From Lama glama (Eukaryota): DNA of 64,000 nt. Shown piece by piece: positions 1 through 14,330 of this stretch. Made by a program: the position numbers and the translations under genes. The notes beneath the pieces were generated by a model. That model did no database searches and had not been told where the DNA came from. It saw nothing but the letters and a program-made list of their open reading frames with translations. The DNA is taken from positions 42,162,001-42,226,000 of the forward strand of contig CM052817.1 of assembly GCA_028534125.1 (NCBI GenBank). Reading direction: 5' to 3'. The stretch's first letter is position 1. Every line of letters starts with the position of its first letter.

Positions 1-201
1 CCTTGCTGTTTTTAAGACTCTCTTTTTATCTTTAACTTTTGCCACTTTAATTATAATGTGTCATAGTGTGAATTCCCTTGGGTTCATCTTGCTTGGGGCT
101 CTCTGTTCTTCCTGGACCTGGATATCTGTTTCTGTTTTCTGTTGCAGGTTAGGGAAGTTTTCAGCTATTATTTCTTTGAATAAATTGTCTTTTTATATGC
201 C

Positions 202-232
<31 letters not shown>

Positions 233-1000
233 GATAGGTAGACATTTTGTACTGGGTAAAAAATAAAAACTGCTGTAAATAAGCCTTGAGTAATGAGGTG
301 GTAAGGTGTTGGCCAAGGGGAAATACTCTATAGTCTTACAGTTAGGTCTGTCTTTTAGTGAGCCTATGCCTCTGAACTGTGAACTTCACAAGCATTTCTC
401 AGTTTTTCGCCCTCCTTATTTGGGACAGGGTGACCAGAGTGGGCTGGATTTTTGATAGTTCCCTTCCCTCAGGACAATTAGCCTTTGACAGTACCCCCAG
501 CAGGTTAACTCTGATTGACTAGTTACCCCCGAAGGCACAGATGCTCTGGCTTGTATCAAGATGATTCCTTTTCCCCTCCCTTTGCCATAAGCACAAGAGA
601 ATTTTTCTTGATATTTACTGTGGGAACCTGGTCACTGTCTGTAGGTAAATCTCACAATATTTTGGGGCCTCTCCCTATGACTGGGTTCCTCTGAGTTTTA
701 ACTGTCCTCACTGTACCTCCAGCGAGTCATCAATTACAGCTCAGCTTGTCCTACTCCAGCACTTCTCCCTGTGGTGGTTTCTGCTTGTGAGTCTCTGCTC
801 CAGTAAGCCATGAGTCCCTGGATTCGCCTGTCTTACTCTCCAGTCCCTGGGAGCAGTGGTTTTCCCTATGTCTTCCTTTTTCTTATGGATCTAGGAAGAA
901 TTTTTTGATTTTGCAATCTGTTCAGATTTTAATTTGTTGTTAGAACGGAGTGGTGACTTCTGAGCTCTTTATACATGGAACAAGACACTGGAAGTCTAGT
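1..1000 (-). mobile_element. Old L1 (L1M-type) fragments, ORF1/5' region
   Basis: Antisense L1-like wording such as 'ttagggaagttttcagctattatttct' and 'cttttagtgagcctatgcctctgaactgtgaacttcac'; recognised from memory of consensus sequences. Confidence 0.6.
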
Positions 1001-1974
1001 CTTTATTTTTGTTTTCCATTTTTCACTAATCTTTCCTAATTTTCTTTCTTGTTCTACTTCTCTCTTTTTTTTATACTCTTACCATCTCCTTTCCTCCTTT
1101 TTTTTTTTTAACTGGTTTCCTTTTCTTCTCATCCTCCTCTTCTCTTCCTTCCTTCTCTTCACCACACTTCTGTTTAAGGTTACATTTTCCAAAGAATTAT
1201 CAATGTAGACAATGTATCACTAAACAGACAAAAGTGTTTGTATCCAAGGTTTTAACTGGAGACTTTAAAGAAGAGAACAGATTAGAATTGTGAGTTCTAA
1301 CATTGGGAGACATAAAGGAGAAGGTATTTTGCCATTTGGGTTGAGACTTCTTCCAAAAGTATTTAAGGCATTGAATTTCAATGGCTATTCAATATTCTGT
1401 TCCCAAATGGCTTTTTTCTTCCTTTTTTTTTCCCCCTGCAAGGAATTATGCGGGGGGAAAAAAAGCAAATGATAAGGCAGGATATAGAGGTGACTCATTA
1501 ACCTTAGGGTAGATTAATGTATGAACAAGACTGGGAGTGGGGAATGACTCAGTGACAAGCAACCCAGGGGAAATCTCCCAAGAGAGAAGGAAAAAGTTAC
1601 TTGAAAGGTGGCCTTCAGGAAAGCTGTTAAAGTAAGGTTTTCAGTAGACAGAATACCTAGGAGGTTTGAATAATAGCTCCCCTGTTCATGCCTAAAGTTT
1701 CTTTATCAGTGATTCTCTTCCCTATTTTAAAATACAAAAATAAAGTATAGGAAATAAACAGGTAATATTCACCCAGGATATCTCATGTACCAAGTACTTC
1801 CTATGAATTATTTTATCTTCATAATAATCCATGAAGTAGACACAAATATTATCTGCATTTTTCAGATAAAATATCTGGGAAGTTAGGTGTCTTGTCTGAG
1901 AATGTGCAGCAAGGATGTGACGTAGCCAGCATTAAACAGAGGCCATCTGACTCAAAAGTCCAGATCTTAATTCC

Positions 1975-2300
1975 TGGCTCTGCTATAATAGAATACCGTA
2001 TACTTGGTGGCTTAAACAGCAGAAATTTATTTCTCACAGTTCTGGAGGCTGGGAAACCCAAGATCAAGGCACCAGCAGATTAGATGTTTGATGAAAGCCT
2101 TTTTCCTGTTTCATCGATGGCCATCTTCTTCATGTAAGGTCATAGTGGAAATGGCAAAGGAGCCCTCTGGGGTCTCTCTCATAAGAACACCAATCTTGCT
2201 CCATCACGAGGGCTCGGCCTTCATGACCTAATGCCTTCCCAAAGGCCCTACCTCCAAAGACCTTCCCCTTGGAAATTAAGTTTTAATATGAATTTTGAGC
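1975..2300 (-). mobile_element. MLT1A-like MaLR LTR (abutting a MIR at about 1800-1970)
   Basis: 'ggtggcttaaacagcagaaatttatttctcacagttctggaggctgggaaacccaagatcaagg' is the MLT1/MST LTR signature. Confidence 0.8.
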
Positions 2301-2519
2301 AGAGTCTGTAAAAGCCCACCAGCATAAACACTTTTTAAGTTGCCACCTGTTATTAGTAAATGACTAATTTTTAGTGAAGTCATGAAGAGATAAGACCCTT
2401 TTATTCTTTCCTCTGATGGAAAAGCTCTGAGAAAGAATAAGAGAGAGTGACTAAAAGAGAAGAGACAGGAAGGTGAGATATAGTGACAACTGAACAGAAG
2501 AAAAGGATGATAATATTAA

Positions 2520-2770
2520 AAATAGCAATAATGAGTAATAATAACATTTCTTGTGTGTTTCTTCAATGATAGGACCTTGTTAGACAATGTATACATAGTA
2601 CTTCATTAAATCATCATAAATACTTCGTAAGTGGATATTTTATTTTACCTATTTATGTATGAGGAAGTGGGCACAGAGAAGGTAGCTGACCTGCTGAACA
2701 TTATGCAGCTAATACAAGGCAGAGCTGGAATTTAAACTCAGACCCAGATGTGCTTTTTCTTCAACTACAT
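2520..2770 (-). mobile_element. MIR SINE
   Basis: 'gaggaagtgggcacagagaaggt...gcagagctggaatttaaactcag' MIR core. Confidence 0.7.
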
Positions 2771-3923
2771 TATTGTGGGAATTGAAAATGGCTCATGATA
2801 ATAATTTGGGGGTAAGGCTATCCCTGTGTAAAGGCATCAGATTGTTTATCTTTTGGGGTCTTCAACATTTTACTTTCAGTTTAATAATTATAGTCTAAAT
2901 GATCTGTACGCCTTCCAAAAACTGAGAATCACAAGGTGAAGCTTAGATTAGGAGGTGGTATGAGGAAAGCTACATTAAAATTTGAACAGTGGTGTCTAAG
3001 TCTGGATTATTTTAACAGCCTTAATGCCCCTTCTCCCTGCACCCTGCTCTGTGAACATGTATTTATAAATGCTTGAATGAGGACTGTGATGCTGAGAGTC
3101 AGGAGGGCTGCCCAGATAGAGAGTGGGCGCATAACTCAGTATGGAAGAATACTGAAGGACTTTTTGGAGAGAAGGGATGATGGAAATGTAATTGTTTCAA
3201 AGTCTAGACAGATGAAAACTTGAATTTTGGGAACAGTAAACTGTAGCTTATAGTGGAGATGGTTATGGTGTCACTGTGACTTCACCCAAGTAAGCTCTCC
3301 ATGGTTTTCTACAGTCCCAAAGATGAAGGGATCTCCCAAAGATCTAGAGGACTGGAGGCTGTTAAATGTTATACTGAACAGGAAGTGGAAGCAAGATGAG
3401 TTGAAGCAGAAGTCTGAGATCAAACTTCATGACCTAGGCGAGGGTCTCTTAAAAAAGCAGCAGTAATCTTTGGTGGAGATTGAGGAATTCTCTGAATCTC
3501 TGAAGAAACTTGGGTCATGTGGAGTAATTTTCATGTAGAGAGGTTGACCACTTAGGATCCCAATTACAAATAGCCTTAGGAGAATTTATTCTCACATGTC
3601 AGCAACATTAATTCATTTACTCAACAAAAATTTGTCTAAATCTTTTTCTTTAACTCATCTTCTAGTTTATTAATACTCTCTTTACCATATCAAATCCTCT
3701 CATAAACCCCTCTATTAAGTTCCTAAATTTGGTTATTGTATTTTACTTAACTAAAATGTATTTTTAAGTAAATTATGTATTAAGTAAATACATTTTAGTT
3801 CTCTGTCAAAATTCTTTTATTTCCTTTAACATATCAAACATAGTTATTTTAAAGTTACTGCTGACATCCCTGTGGCTTTCTTTTTATTTTCTCATGTTTT
3901 TTTTTTTTCAATCAGGTTATTCT

Positions 3924-4097
3924 TTTTTAAAAAAAACTTTATTTGTCTACCATTGTATCATTTTATTTTACTTTATCTTGGTGGGGGGAGGTGATTAGGT
4001 TTATTTATTTTTAGAAGGGGTACCAGGAATTGAACCCAGGACCTCACACATATTAAACATGCACTCTACCACTTGAGCTATACCCTCCTGTCCCTTA
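3924..4097 (-). mobile_element. tRNA-Ala-derived SINE (camelid vic-1-like)
   Basis: Reverse complement of the SINE at 60944. TSD AGGTTATTCT at 3914-3923 and 4098-4107. Confidence 0.85.
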
Positions 4098-4479
4098 AGG
4101 TTATTCTCTTGTCTTCTCTTATTCTTCTTTAATTTGGATTGTATATCTGACATTGAATATGAAATATTATAGAGCTAATTTGAGGCCTATGAGATAGTAT
4201 CTTTCTCCAAGAGATTTCATATTGGCTTCTTGGATTTAAGGCTACTCTTCTATGCTTTTACTTCATTTAGGGATTAGGGTAATTAGAAGCTGAACTACAT
4301 GACTTTCACTTGTCAAAATATTAAGATTCTTGATTTTTTTTTTTTACTTCTTAGCTTAATTCTTGTCATTCAAATTGTATTCAAAATTTTTAAATTAAAA
4401 ATTTTAAATATGAAAAAGAATTCTATGTTTTGGGCATTTCTATTATAAAGTGGTTATCAAGATGATCCAGAATGTATTT

Positions 4480-4705
4480 ACTATATTTATAAACACATAT
4501 ATATGTATATGGCATGTATATAGTATATATATATATATATATATATGTTCCTCAACTTGTGAATCCCCTAAAATCATATATATGTTGTGTATATGTGAGT
4601 GTGTGAATTTAATATAGTATGTATACATATATGTGTGTGTATATGTATACACATATTTTTATATATATGTATTCTTCAACCTGTGAATCCCCCCAAATCA
4701 TGTCA
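4480..4705. repeat. (TA)n/(TG)n low-complexity region with an imperfect duplication of about 120 bp period
   Basis: 'ctcaacttgtgaatcccctaaaatcat' (about 4551) recurs as 'ttcaacctgtgaatccccccaaatcat' (about 4675), each preceded by TA-rich runs. Confidence 0.8.
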
Positions 4706-6109
4706 TCAGACTTTGTGAAGTTAGGTCTACAGATTCAGCTTGAGAAACACTTCCTTCCTTATTTCTTTATTGTCAAAATTTTACACACTCTCAATCCTTG
4801 AACGGTTGCATTCCCACAAATTACTATTTTAGATTTAAAATCTTAATTATTTTTAAATTCCTATTTCAGTCTTCAGTTGGAAGTTAATATAACAATATAC
4901 TCTGAACTTCACTTTTCTGTTTGAGCACATGGCTTAAGATTCTTCTTATTCAGCTTGTGGCATCTCTGTATTTGAACAATGTCCAGGTGTCTTTCGACTT
5001 TGTTGAATAACTGAAAGAGCAGTTGCAATGCTTGAGACATTTGATCCTTTTAGTCATCAGAAGATGTTCTTCCTCTTGAATTTCCAAAATTCCAGAAATT
5101 CTAGTTTTAATAATTCAAAGAATAAACATCACAAACATCTCTATTTTCTTTTGTGTGGGTGAAGCAGATGCTTTAGTTCTTTGTTTCACATCCTCTCTGC
5201 TCACATCTAATTTTAGCGATTGCTACCATGTTTAGTTTTCTGTAAACTCAGGCTCATCTCCTGTTGTGGCATCTATATATCTTGTATCTTCCTGCTTGCT
5301 TCCTCAGGAGGGCCTTCTCCAAAGCTGTGTGAACCTACCTGTGCTTCTTGGAAGTATAGGGATTATTAACACTCCCACGGAGGCCCTCAATCAACAGAGG
5401 CCACAGATAAATGCACCAGCTGCCTGTTTCTCAGGTGGACATTTCTGAGAGTCTTCTAGGCAAGTTGAGCTCCCATTACCTAGAAAGCAAACTTGATTAT
5501 GAAACCTGATGTTGGCTTTTCTTCTCCCCCAATTTATTCCTCCTACACCTTCATGCCTGCTTCTAGAGACCATCTTCCATATAAATGATCTCAAATTAAG
5601 TCCTTGTCTGATGCTCTGCTTTGAGGGAACCCAAATTAAGATAATTAGATAGTTCCTTTATGAGTTTAAAGATATGCAACTATATGCATTTAACAAATAT
5701 TTACCAAGGCCCATAGTGATCCAGGCACCGCTTAAGTTTCTGCTGGAAATGCAGAATGAAGAAAACAGACAAAGAATCTTCCTTCTTTGGAAGATTACAT
5801 TGTAGTGCAGATCACAATGAAGCCTTATGGTTTTTCTATAGTGAGTGAATCTGGAGTAGGTTTGTAAAGAGGCCAAGCAGGCAGGTTTGAGAAAAGATTG
5901 GACCAAAAGATTCAGAACCTGAGGTAGAGGAGCTTATGTCTATACTTCATACGGAGAGAAACAGGAAGCCCCTAGATTCCTGGAGGGAGAGAGAGACACA
6001 GTTAACTATTTGTTAAAAGTTTGCGCTCGGAAAGGGCCAAACTCAAGCTTTGCCTCTGTCGCTATTTTTCTTAAAGATCAAGTCTAGTTAATACACAGAT
6101 ATTTCATAA

Positions 6110-6300
6110 ATAATCATTGACTTATGTACAAGTTGGCGTTTAAGTCCTGGTTTGACTGCTTTGAGCGTGTAATTTAACTTCTCTGTCCTTATGTCTACGT
6201 CTATAGATAAGGATACTAACAGCACTGACCTCACAGGATTGTTGAGTAGTGTAAATAAAGGATTGTAAGTAAAAAGCACATTTTAAATTGTAAAGCAAAT
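6110..6300 (+). mobile_element. MIR SINE
   Basis: 'taatttaacttctctgtcctt...ctgacctcacaggattgttgag...gtaaaaagcac' MIR core and 3' end. Confidence 0.65.
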
Positions 6301-7880
6301 ATAAATATCAACTGTGGGATGTAAAAGAGTGTACCAGTTGAAGTCTAGGTTAGCAAAGACACCTTTAGGTGTGCCAGAGACGTTCCAGGCTTGTGTGGAA
6401 GGCTGTATGACCACAGTTTGCTTTTTCTTCCTCTGACTTGTACAGTTAGGTCTAAGCATCTCAGTGGTCAAGCTCTTTGTTAATTTTGACATCTGCTATT
6501 ATCAGGTGTTATCAGTTTGCTGTAGCTTGTAGTCCACACCTGATCGTAAGTGGTGCCTGAGTTTTTTGTTGATGACATTGCAAATGTAAACACAAGCAAA
6601 GTAAGAAAACCACCCTTTCAAGAGCAGCTGTGTAGTATTCTTTTCATTTGTAGACTGCGGTGGAAAAGCCCAAGTCCCGCTGATGTTAAACAGCGTGGCT
6701 CTCTCACTATGCATATTTTTGTTCTTCCCCGCCCCCCACCCGCGTGCTTGAGAACGCCACATTAAAAAAGAAAACAGCATCCCTGTGAGCCATTGTCCTC
6801 AGAACTATTAGTATTTCATAGACTTAACGCGACAATGAATTACACGTCCAAAACAGGTTGTGTGTGTGGTTTAGCAAAACAAAATTAAGAGTCATTCTGG
6901 GGAAGGACATTGCCACAGCTTTGGCATAATTAGGAATCATCATAATCAAATACAGGAAATTGGCACATCTGCTTTTCAGGCTGTTGATCCAACTGTGAGG
7001 CTGCCTGTGCGCACTGGCACAAGCGGTTCTGATGCAGCTCGATGTGTTCTGCAAAGCTGTCTTTGCATAAATATTTACATAATTTTCTCCAAACACCACT
7101 ATAAGCAGTTGTGTTTTATCACTTTTTCTCCCTTGGGTTATTATTTCTTCCCATCCCTACTCCTGGTGAAGGAGTGATCACTTGTTATTCTAAGGATTTC
7201 TCTTTTTTCAAAGAAAGTTTAGAGAAAAATCTTGGAACCTGAGAGTTTTATAAAATGACAGTGAGATGGAGCAATACCTTTCATTTGGTACATTTTTCTA
7301 AAACTACAAAGAGAAAAACTGCACTCAACCCAGCTGTCAGGAACACAAGGCAGAGAGGCAGAGAGGGAAATTGGAGGGAGAATCGGTTCAGGGTGTGAAT
7401 CTGGTGGGGAAGAGAAAGTCAGATGAAGTGAGGCAGGACAGCATGGTCTTAAAGAAGTCATGTCTCCACCCATCCTGTGTCTCCTTTAATTATTAAAGGT
7501 TAAAAGGGTCTTCTGCAGAAGAACTGGTTGGGCTCTTTAACTTTTAGTTACTTAATAATTCTGATAGTTTCCTTTTCCTTAGAACGATCTAAAAGATCTC
7601 TCTTGTCTCCTCCAGTTTTGATGTTCTATGTTGCATTGTTGAAACCACAACATATTTTAAAATGATACATATTTCATACTTTAAAAAATTCAATTAAAAA
7701 AAATCTACCATCTTTTTCATTTCCCAAGCATTGTTTTGCTTACCAAATTGCACAAGTGTCCTACTTCTGTTGATAACATCTAAATGGCAGCAGATAAAAT
7801 CTTTTATAATTTTCTAAATATTTATAAAGAATATTGCTCCAATGTGGAAGACACATTTGTTCTATTTTTAGCATGAACCC

Positions 7881-8034
7881 TTTTTTTTAATTGTTTTTTA
7901 TTTGTTTGTTTTTTAGGGTGGGGAGAGAGGTAATTAGGTTTATTTATTTTCATTTTAATAAAGGTACTGGTGATTGAACCCAGGACCTTGTGCTTGCTAG
8001 GCAAGCACTCTACCACTGGCTATACCCTCTCCCT
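7881..8034 (-). mobile_element. tRNA-Ala-derived SINE (camelid vic-1-like)
   Basis: 'ggtactggtgattgaacccaggaccttgtgcttgctaggcaagcactctaccactggctataccctc', preceded by the T-rich tail. Confidence 0.85.
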
Positions 8035-10324
8035 GGGACCCTTCACTTTTGATGCAGACTTTGATTGACATACCACCGTAAGTATAGGATTTGTACGTAG
8101 GAGGGTAGCCTAGGAAACATTTTTGTAACAAAATAATTGGAGGGTTTACACAGGGAAAGATATGTTCACCTTTCCTTTTAAAAGCATTAAAAAGAGGCTA
8201 CTTTCCAACAATTTGCAAATAAGAAAAGAAAAAAGATTCTAAGTAGGAACAGGCAAGAAATCTCCCTTAATCATATCCCCAACTACAGCTTACATTAACA
8301 TACATATGTGTGTGTGGTACTGGTAGTTATCTGTTGTGTGGTTAGTTTTGTGTGTATATGAATGCTAGACTGTGAACGTGGTGCCTGTGTTAGGTGTGTT
8401 TAAACTTTTTAAACCTTTTAGTGAGCTTTATATAATTTAATTACAGAGTATAAATCATTTCTTTCCAATGAATTCCTCTATTATATGGAAGCATATTGAA
8501 TCATAAGCATCTTTCGTGTAATATTAAACAGGCTTTTTCCTCTTTTCCTTCTGTCATCCTTCGAGCATGGTTTTTTATTCTCATGCTTGTTTCCTCGTGG
8601 ACCCCAGGAACTGCTGCAGCACCAAAAACACCAGGAAGATAAAGGGTGAGAAGCGGGCCGTTTAATGGCCCCTCCTCTGCTGAGAACCATTCTGCTCTTT
8701 TTGGCTCTCTTTTCTCTTAGTATCTGTCTTATCCTTATCAATCCTTACCCTATACTTTTTCTCCCTTCAGTTTTCCAGATGAGCTGATGACAGCTCCATG
8801 TCAATGAATAAGACCACTGGGTGCTTTGCCTGCGGAGAATTTGGGAGTGTAAGTCCTCGAAATGATCCGATGAGTCAGTCAGATTTAGGAATACAATCAT
8901 GTGTCCACTGTTTGATTCATAGTGGCTTTGTACTAACTCATTCAATTTTTTATTAGTTTAGAGTTTAACTAGACAGTGTTTTTTTGTGATGCGCATGTTC
9001 ACCTGTGGATATTTTTAAAACCTTAAAAACCCTTACATATGTATGGTGCTAGTGGTGGTGGTGGTATGTGTGTGGGTCTGTGTTCACAAATCATTCTTTA
9101 CCATCTATTACTGAGATGTTTTAAAATTTCTCTTTCCTTCTAAGTCTGATAACTCTAGATTTTCCTTTGTTTTTTGGCCAGGTCCTGGGGTTCAGCACCT
9201 ATGTTATGTCTTTAATTGGTCATGGTTGTGATGTGATTTTACAGCTGCGGAGTTGTCAGCAACTTTCTTTGATAATATCTCATCTCATCATCAGCTCGCA
9301 ATTTAATTTTTTTCTGCTTGCATTTATCTATGGTAAGACTTTTTTTTAAACTCCACGTGTGTCTTTTCATATTTGCATTTTATAATATATTTATTATCAT
9401 CCCTTCTCTACGTCAAGTTACTCTGATAATATATAATACACTCTTCAAAGTTTGAAAGACAAGATTGTGTGGTAAAAAGAGTTCTTTACTGGGAGTTTGG
9501 TGTTCCTGTCCTGGAGCTCCAGTTTCTTAGCTGTAGTGAGGAACCTGGACTAGAGAAAATTTTAGTCAACATTTATTGAGCAACTGTCACGTGCCAGCAA
9601 CTGTTGCTGGTGAGAAAACGAGACAGATTCTCAGTCTAAGTTTATGATATTATTGGAAGAAGAGTCAATTCATAAGCAATTACAAAAAATTATAAGAAGT
9701 CTCTATTGGGAAATGCACGGAGTATTAGGGTACACGCAGGGTACTTCTCTTCCTCCAGAGGGAGTCAGGAAGAACTTCCTGGAGTAACTCACCTTTAAGA
9801 TGAGAACAGAGAATAATAAGCAGCAAAAAGACAAAGACAGGGGGAATAGTATTTAAGGTAGAAGTCCCCAAACGGTATAAAAATGCCATTTTGGGATCAT
9901 TTCGACTGTATTTATATGATATAACAGTTGAGAGGATAGAATTACTTACATTCTAGAAATATGGAAACTTTGGGCTTGATCTGTAAGATAGATCCTTAAT
10001 TATTGTTAATTTCCTCATTTTTTTTTTCTTCAAAAGCTCCTTCTGGGCCTGCTAGTTCAGAAAAGGAGTATTTGTAACATAAACCACATAACTCAGATAC
10101 TAGAATGTTCATGCTGGAAAACACCTACGAGTTCATTCAGTCCAGCCCCCTTAATTCTGCACAATGTTTCTTCAAGGCAGAGAAATCAAGCAACACATTT
10201 ACTCCGTTTTCATAGCTGGTTAGTGGTTGAATTTGCACTAAATGTAGTCTCTGATTGCTGTTTTGTTGTTGTTGTTGTTGTTTTTAACAAAGGAGCTTTA
10301 TCGTCTTTTAATTTTTCCCTAAGT

Positions 10325-10550
10325 TTTTTTTTCCCTTCCTTTTTTATAAATTGAAGTATAGTCAGTTTACAATGTTGCATCAGTTTCTGGTGTACAACAT
10401 AATGTTCATAAAATAACATACATATGTTCCTTTTCACATTCTTTTTCACTATAGGTTACTATAAGATATTGAATATATTTCCCTGTGCTCTACAGTAGAA
10501 CCTTGTTGTTTATCTATTTTACATACAGTAGTTAGTATCTGAAAATCTCA
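10325..10550 (-). mobile_element. L1 3' end fragment (artiodactyl-type)
   Basis: Poly-T followed by 'ttgaagtatagtcagtttacaatgttg...'; same family as 20061-20712. Confidence 0.8.
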
Positions 10551-10999
10551 GTTCCTGGTTTATTGGTGGTTCTCCTCTTACAGGTTGTATTTTCATAACA
10601 TGAGTATAAATAAATATACGTTTCCATGGTATTTTATATCCTGGAGAAGAAAATTATAGAAAAGAGAGGTGGAAGTGGAATGATAGGCGTTTTTGTTTAT
10701 TTGTTTTGTTTTGTTTTTGGTTCTCTGGTTACTGGTTTCATCATTGTGATATCTATGAATGGGTCTCTAAAGTTAAAAAATTAGACCTATTCACTCTTGC
10801 CTTCTTCAGGATACATTTTAGTGTTAATTATATATCTGCGCTAGTATTTTAATTGAGAAATAAATATTTTAACCAGAACAGTTAGTGTAAGTCTAAATTT
10901 CTCTTTTCCTAATGATGTCTGTTTCTGGTACTGTCTGTATTATAACTGTTAAGTTATAGATTACTTATGGATTTTTATATCAATTCTGTTGGTCGAATG

Positions 11000-11225
11000 T
11001 GATAGTGGTTAAGCACTCAGGTTCTGGTAAAATTCTTGATTAGTTCTGGACTTAGTATTCATGACTTCAGGCAAATAAGGTAACTACTCTCAATAATACT
11101 ATTTCTTCATTTGTGAAATGGAGATGAGATTGTGATGAAGACTTAGTGAGAGAGTTTGTGTAAAACATTTAGCCTCGGCTTAGAACAGTATTCACTGTAT
11201 GTCGGTTGTCATTATTGTTATGATT
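11000..11225 (+). mobile_element. MIR SINE
   Basis: 'tagtggttaagcac...atttcttcatttgtgaaatggagatg...gtgtaaaacatttagc'. Confidence 0.7.
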
Positions 11226-12158
11226 CATAAAAGTCAAGTTCTCAGTACAAATCATGGTTGGAGGTGGGCTCCAGAAACACTGCTTGGAGGAGTACTTGTC
11301 AAAGCAAATAAAAAACAAAATTTTACATTTGTGGAATGGATCAAACCAATTTTGATATTGATATTACCACTGCTGTTGCTGGAAACCAGATTTAGTTTAT
11401 GCGTCTTGGCTGCCAGATGAATGAAGCAGAGAGCCAATTTTGTATAAGTGGGCCCCACAGGATTCCTGGGAGTGTCCGGAATGTGGAAGGCTCAGTGTGT
11501 TACTGCTGCAAATCTCTCTTCCTGCCAGGAGTGACATTATCCGGATAGCTTGGCTCAGCCTGGTCATCCCACCCTGTTGGCAGCAGGACAACTGTGAGAC
11601 ACAAACAAACAGCCTGGGCCAGGCGAGATAAGCCTCTGGGGAATGTGGGAAGGGGACACAGAGAGCTTGTGGAAGGACCAGAACAAGGAGGAAGTTTGGA
11701 CAAGGATGTGAGAAAGTCAAAACTTAAGTAGATCAACCCCTTGAGATTCCAACTGGGAAAAGTGAGATAATATTTTTGAGATAATAATCAAGTTTTTATT
11801 GGCATTTTCCATTCCCACTGTCCCTCCTCTTAAGTTCATCTTCCACCCTCTTCCCTTTTTCCCTTTTGCAGACTGAAGCTGGTTGGCACATGCCATGTGG
11901 AAATGACATTGTGGACCAGGTTCTACCTCCTTCCTCCACTCCTTCCACATATCTACATACCTTGGTACTGAAGAAGTCCCTCTGATTGTGGACACACCCC
12001 AAGAAAGGGAGTGGGGAGTCACAGGAATTGACTAAGATTGTTTAATCACTTCAGGGACTTTCTATCCCAGTAGAAATTTAAGAGTTAGAACAGCAGAAAC
12101 AATATTAAATTCTTGAACATCTTGAGTTTGAGGATGAGATTCAAATGTGAAACATATA

Positions 12159-12159
<1 letters not shown>

Positions 12160-12223
<64 letters not shown>

Positions 12224-12230
12224 TATATAT
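12160..12230. repeat. Compound microsatellite (TA)n(CA)n
   Basis: Perfect TA run of about 50 bp followed by a short CA run. Confidence 0.95.
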
Positions 12231-13684
12231 TTCCTCTGAAAATTTCAGTTTCTATCCAAAGTAGGCATTAGGTAGAATATCTTAAGAAGGATTCATATTT
12301 TTGTGATACTTGTGAATAAGAAAGTACGAGGAAGTTTCTCATGAGGATTTCACTGCTGTTCTCCATAATCATGAAGCCAATTCTGATGCAATATAATTCC
12401 ATTTGGGAATAACAATGACAGTCAACTCTAAAATTTTCTTGCCGAACTGAAATAAACCTCCATCTAAGGGGGAGATCTTTGTGTTTATTCTTTCAACAAA
12501 CATTTATTGAGCACCCATTTTAGGTCAGGCACATGCTTGGCACAGGGGATAAACTGACAAGAAGCAGAGATGGTCCAGGGAGAGGGACTGTTTGCAAGCA
12601 GACAAGCCAAGCTTATATGTGAAACAGTGATGGGGGTATGTTCTTACAAATAATTTTCACATAGGGTTATTTAATCATAGATTTAAATGGAAATTGGATA
12701 ATCTATAATTTCCTCTTAGTCAACATTCTCATTCCCTATATAGCTTCGGAGAAGGCCAGGATACTGAGAACACTGTGGGCAAATGTGTTCTCATTGGTTG
12801 ATGTGGCTTGCTAATTCAAAGTGTAAGACCTCACCTCTCAATTACTCACTTAACATTCCAGTACATTTTTGGAACAACGGGTAATTTTGGAAGCTGCCAA
12901 GCAGATGGACAAATGGTAAATGACTTAGCAGATCTAGGAAAGCTGAAACCTAAGCCTACCAATAAGCTAATTAAAACCGCTGAACCCTGGAAATGCTCCT
13001 GAATTGAAACCACCAGATCCTTCTGAAGGTGAGAGTGCAGGGTGGGGCTGAAAGCAGAAGAGGTTGACAGCGTTGTGTTACAAGGAGGAGCACTCATTCT
13101 CCCTATTCCTTCTCCTGCCCAAGCGAAAGCCTGGAGGTTAACTGGTTAAACCAAAGATGTTCTGGTCTTAGAGATTCCAGATAGGAGTGGGTATGGAGGA
13201 GAGATGCCATAATAAAAGTGGAGAAAATGTGAAAGTCTATGTTCTGAAAAATGAGACCCTCAGGACACTTTTCCATGGGATTCTTAACATCCAGAATTCT
13301 GGAGGCCAAATTTATATTCCTCAGGCAGGAGACTGCAGGATTCTTCTTTGGGAAAACACAACCCATGTAAAAAGACCTATAAATGTTACAGCTCTTTCAA
13401 AAAGACAGAGGGAGGGAAATGTCTACATGCAAGGCAGTGGTATAAGGGAGTTAAATCTCATCTTTTATACCATATAGTCATTAGTGAAAAGTCAGGATAT
13501 ATAACAATAAGTATGTTATTTGTTTTTACATAGTATTGGAAATACAAAGATAATACAAGAAGATGCTGCTAAAGTATTTGAAAATGGATTTCCTCTTTTT
13601 ATCAAGGATTAGGGGTGGGGTATGAAAATGAGAATTGTGTTACTTTATAAATAATGAAAAATAAAAATATAAAGCCAATTAGTA

Positions 13685-14082
13685 TGGACTTAGAGAATAT
13701 TATGCTTAGTGAAATAAGTCAGAGAAGGACAAATCCTATGTGATATCACATGTAGAATCTAAAGAATAATACAAATGATTGTATATGCAAAACAGAAACA
13801 GACTCACAGATATAGGAAACAAGCTAGTGGTTGCCAAAGGGAAACAGGATGGGAGGAGGGACAAATTGAGGGTATGAGATTAAAAGATACAAACTATCAT
13901 GTAACAAATAGATAAGCAATGAAGATATATTGTATACCACAGGGAATTATAGCCATTTTCTTGTGATAACTTTAAAGAGTATAATCTGTAGAAATATTAT
14001 ATCACTATCCTGTACACCTGAAACTAGTGTAATGTTATAAATCAACTATACTTCAATACAAAAATTCAAAAATAAATTTAAA
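13685..14082 (+). mobile_element. 5'-truncated L1 3' end with TSD
   Basis: 'tggacttagagaatattatgcttagtgaaataagtcag...aatcaactatacttcaata' plus A-rich tail. Flanking AAAGCCAATTAGTA and AAAGACAATCAGTA match at 12/14. Confidence 0.85.
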
Positions 14083-14099
14083 AAAGACAATCAGTAGAG

Positions 14100-14330
14100 T
14101 ACCAGGGAGTCAAACACGTCTGGACTGAAATTTCTGCTTCTCCATCTATGAGTCCTGTGACCTTTGTCACGTTGCTTGAATTTTCTGAACTTCAGTTCTC
14201 TCCTTGGTAAATGGCAAAACAAGACCAAGTACATAGTAAGAATTCAATAAATAATGTCTATGTCTTATGATTATTTTGAATGTTAAATAAGATAATATAT
14301 TTAAATAGTATAGTACTCAGTAAAGCTTAA
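14100..14330 (+). mobile_element. MIR SINE (degenerate)
   Basis: 'ctgtgacctttgtcacgttgcttgaattttctgaacttcagttctctccttggtaaatgg'. Confidence 0.6.
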
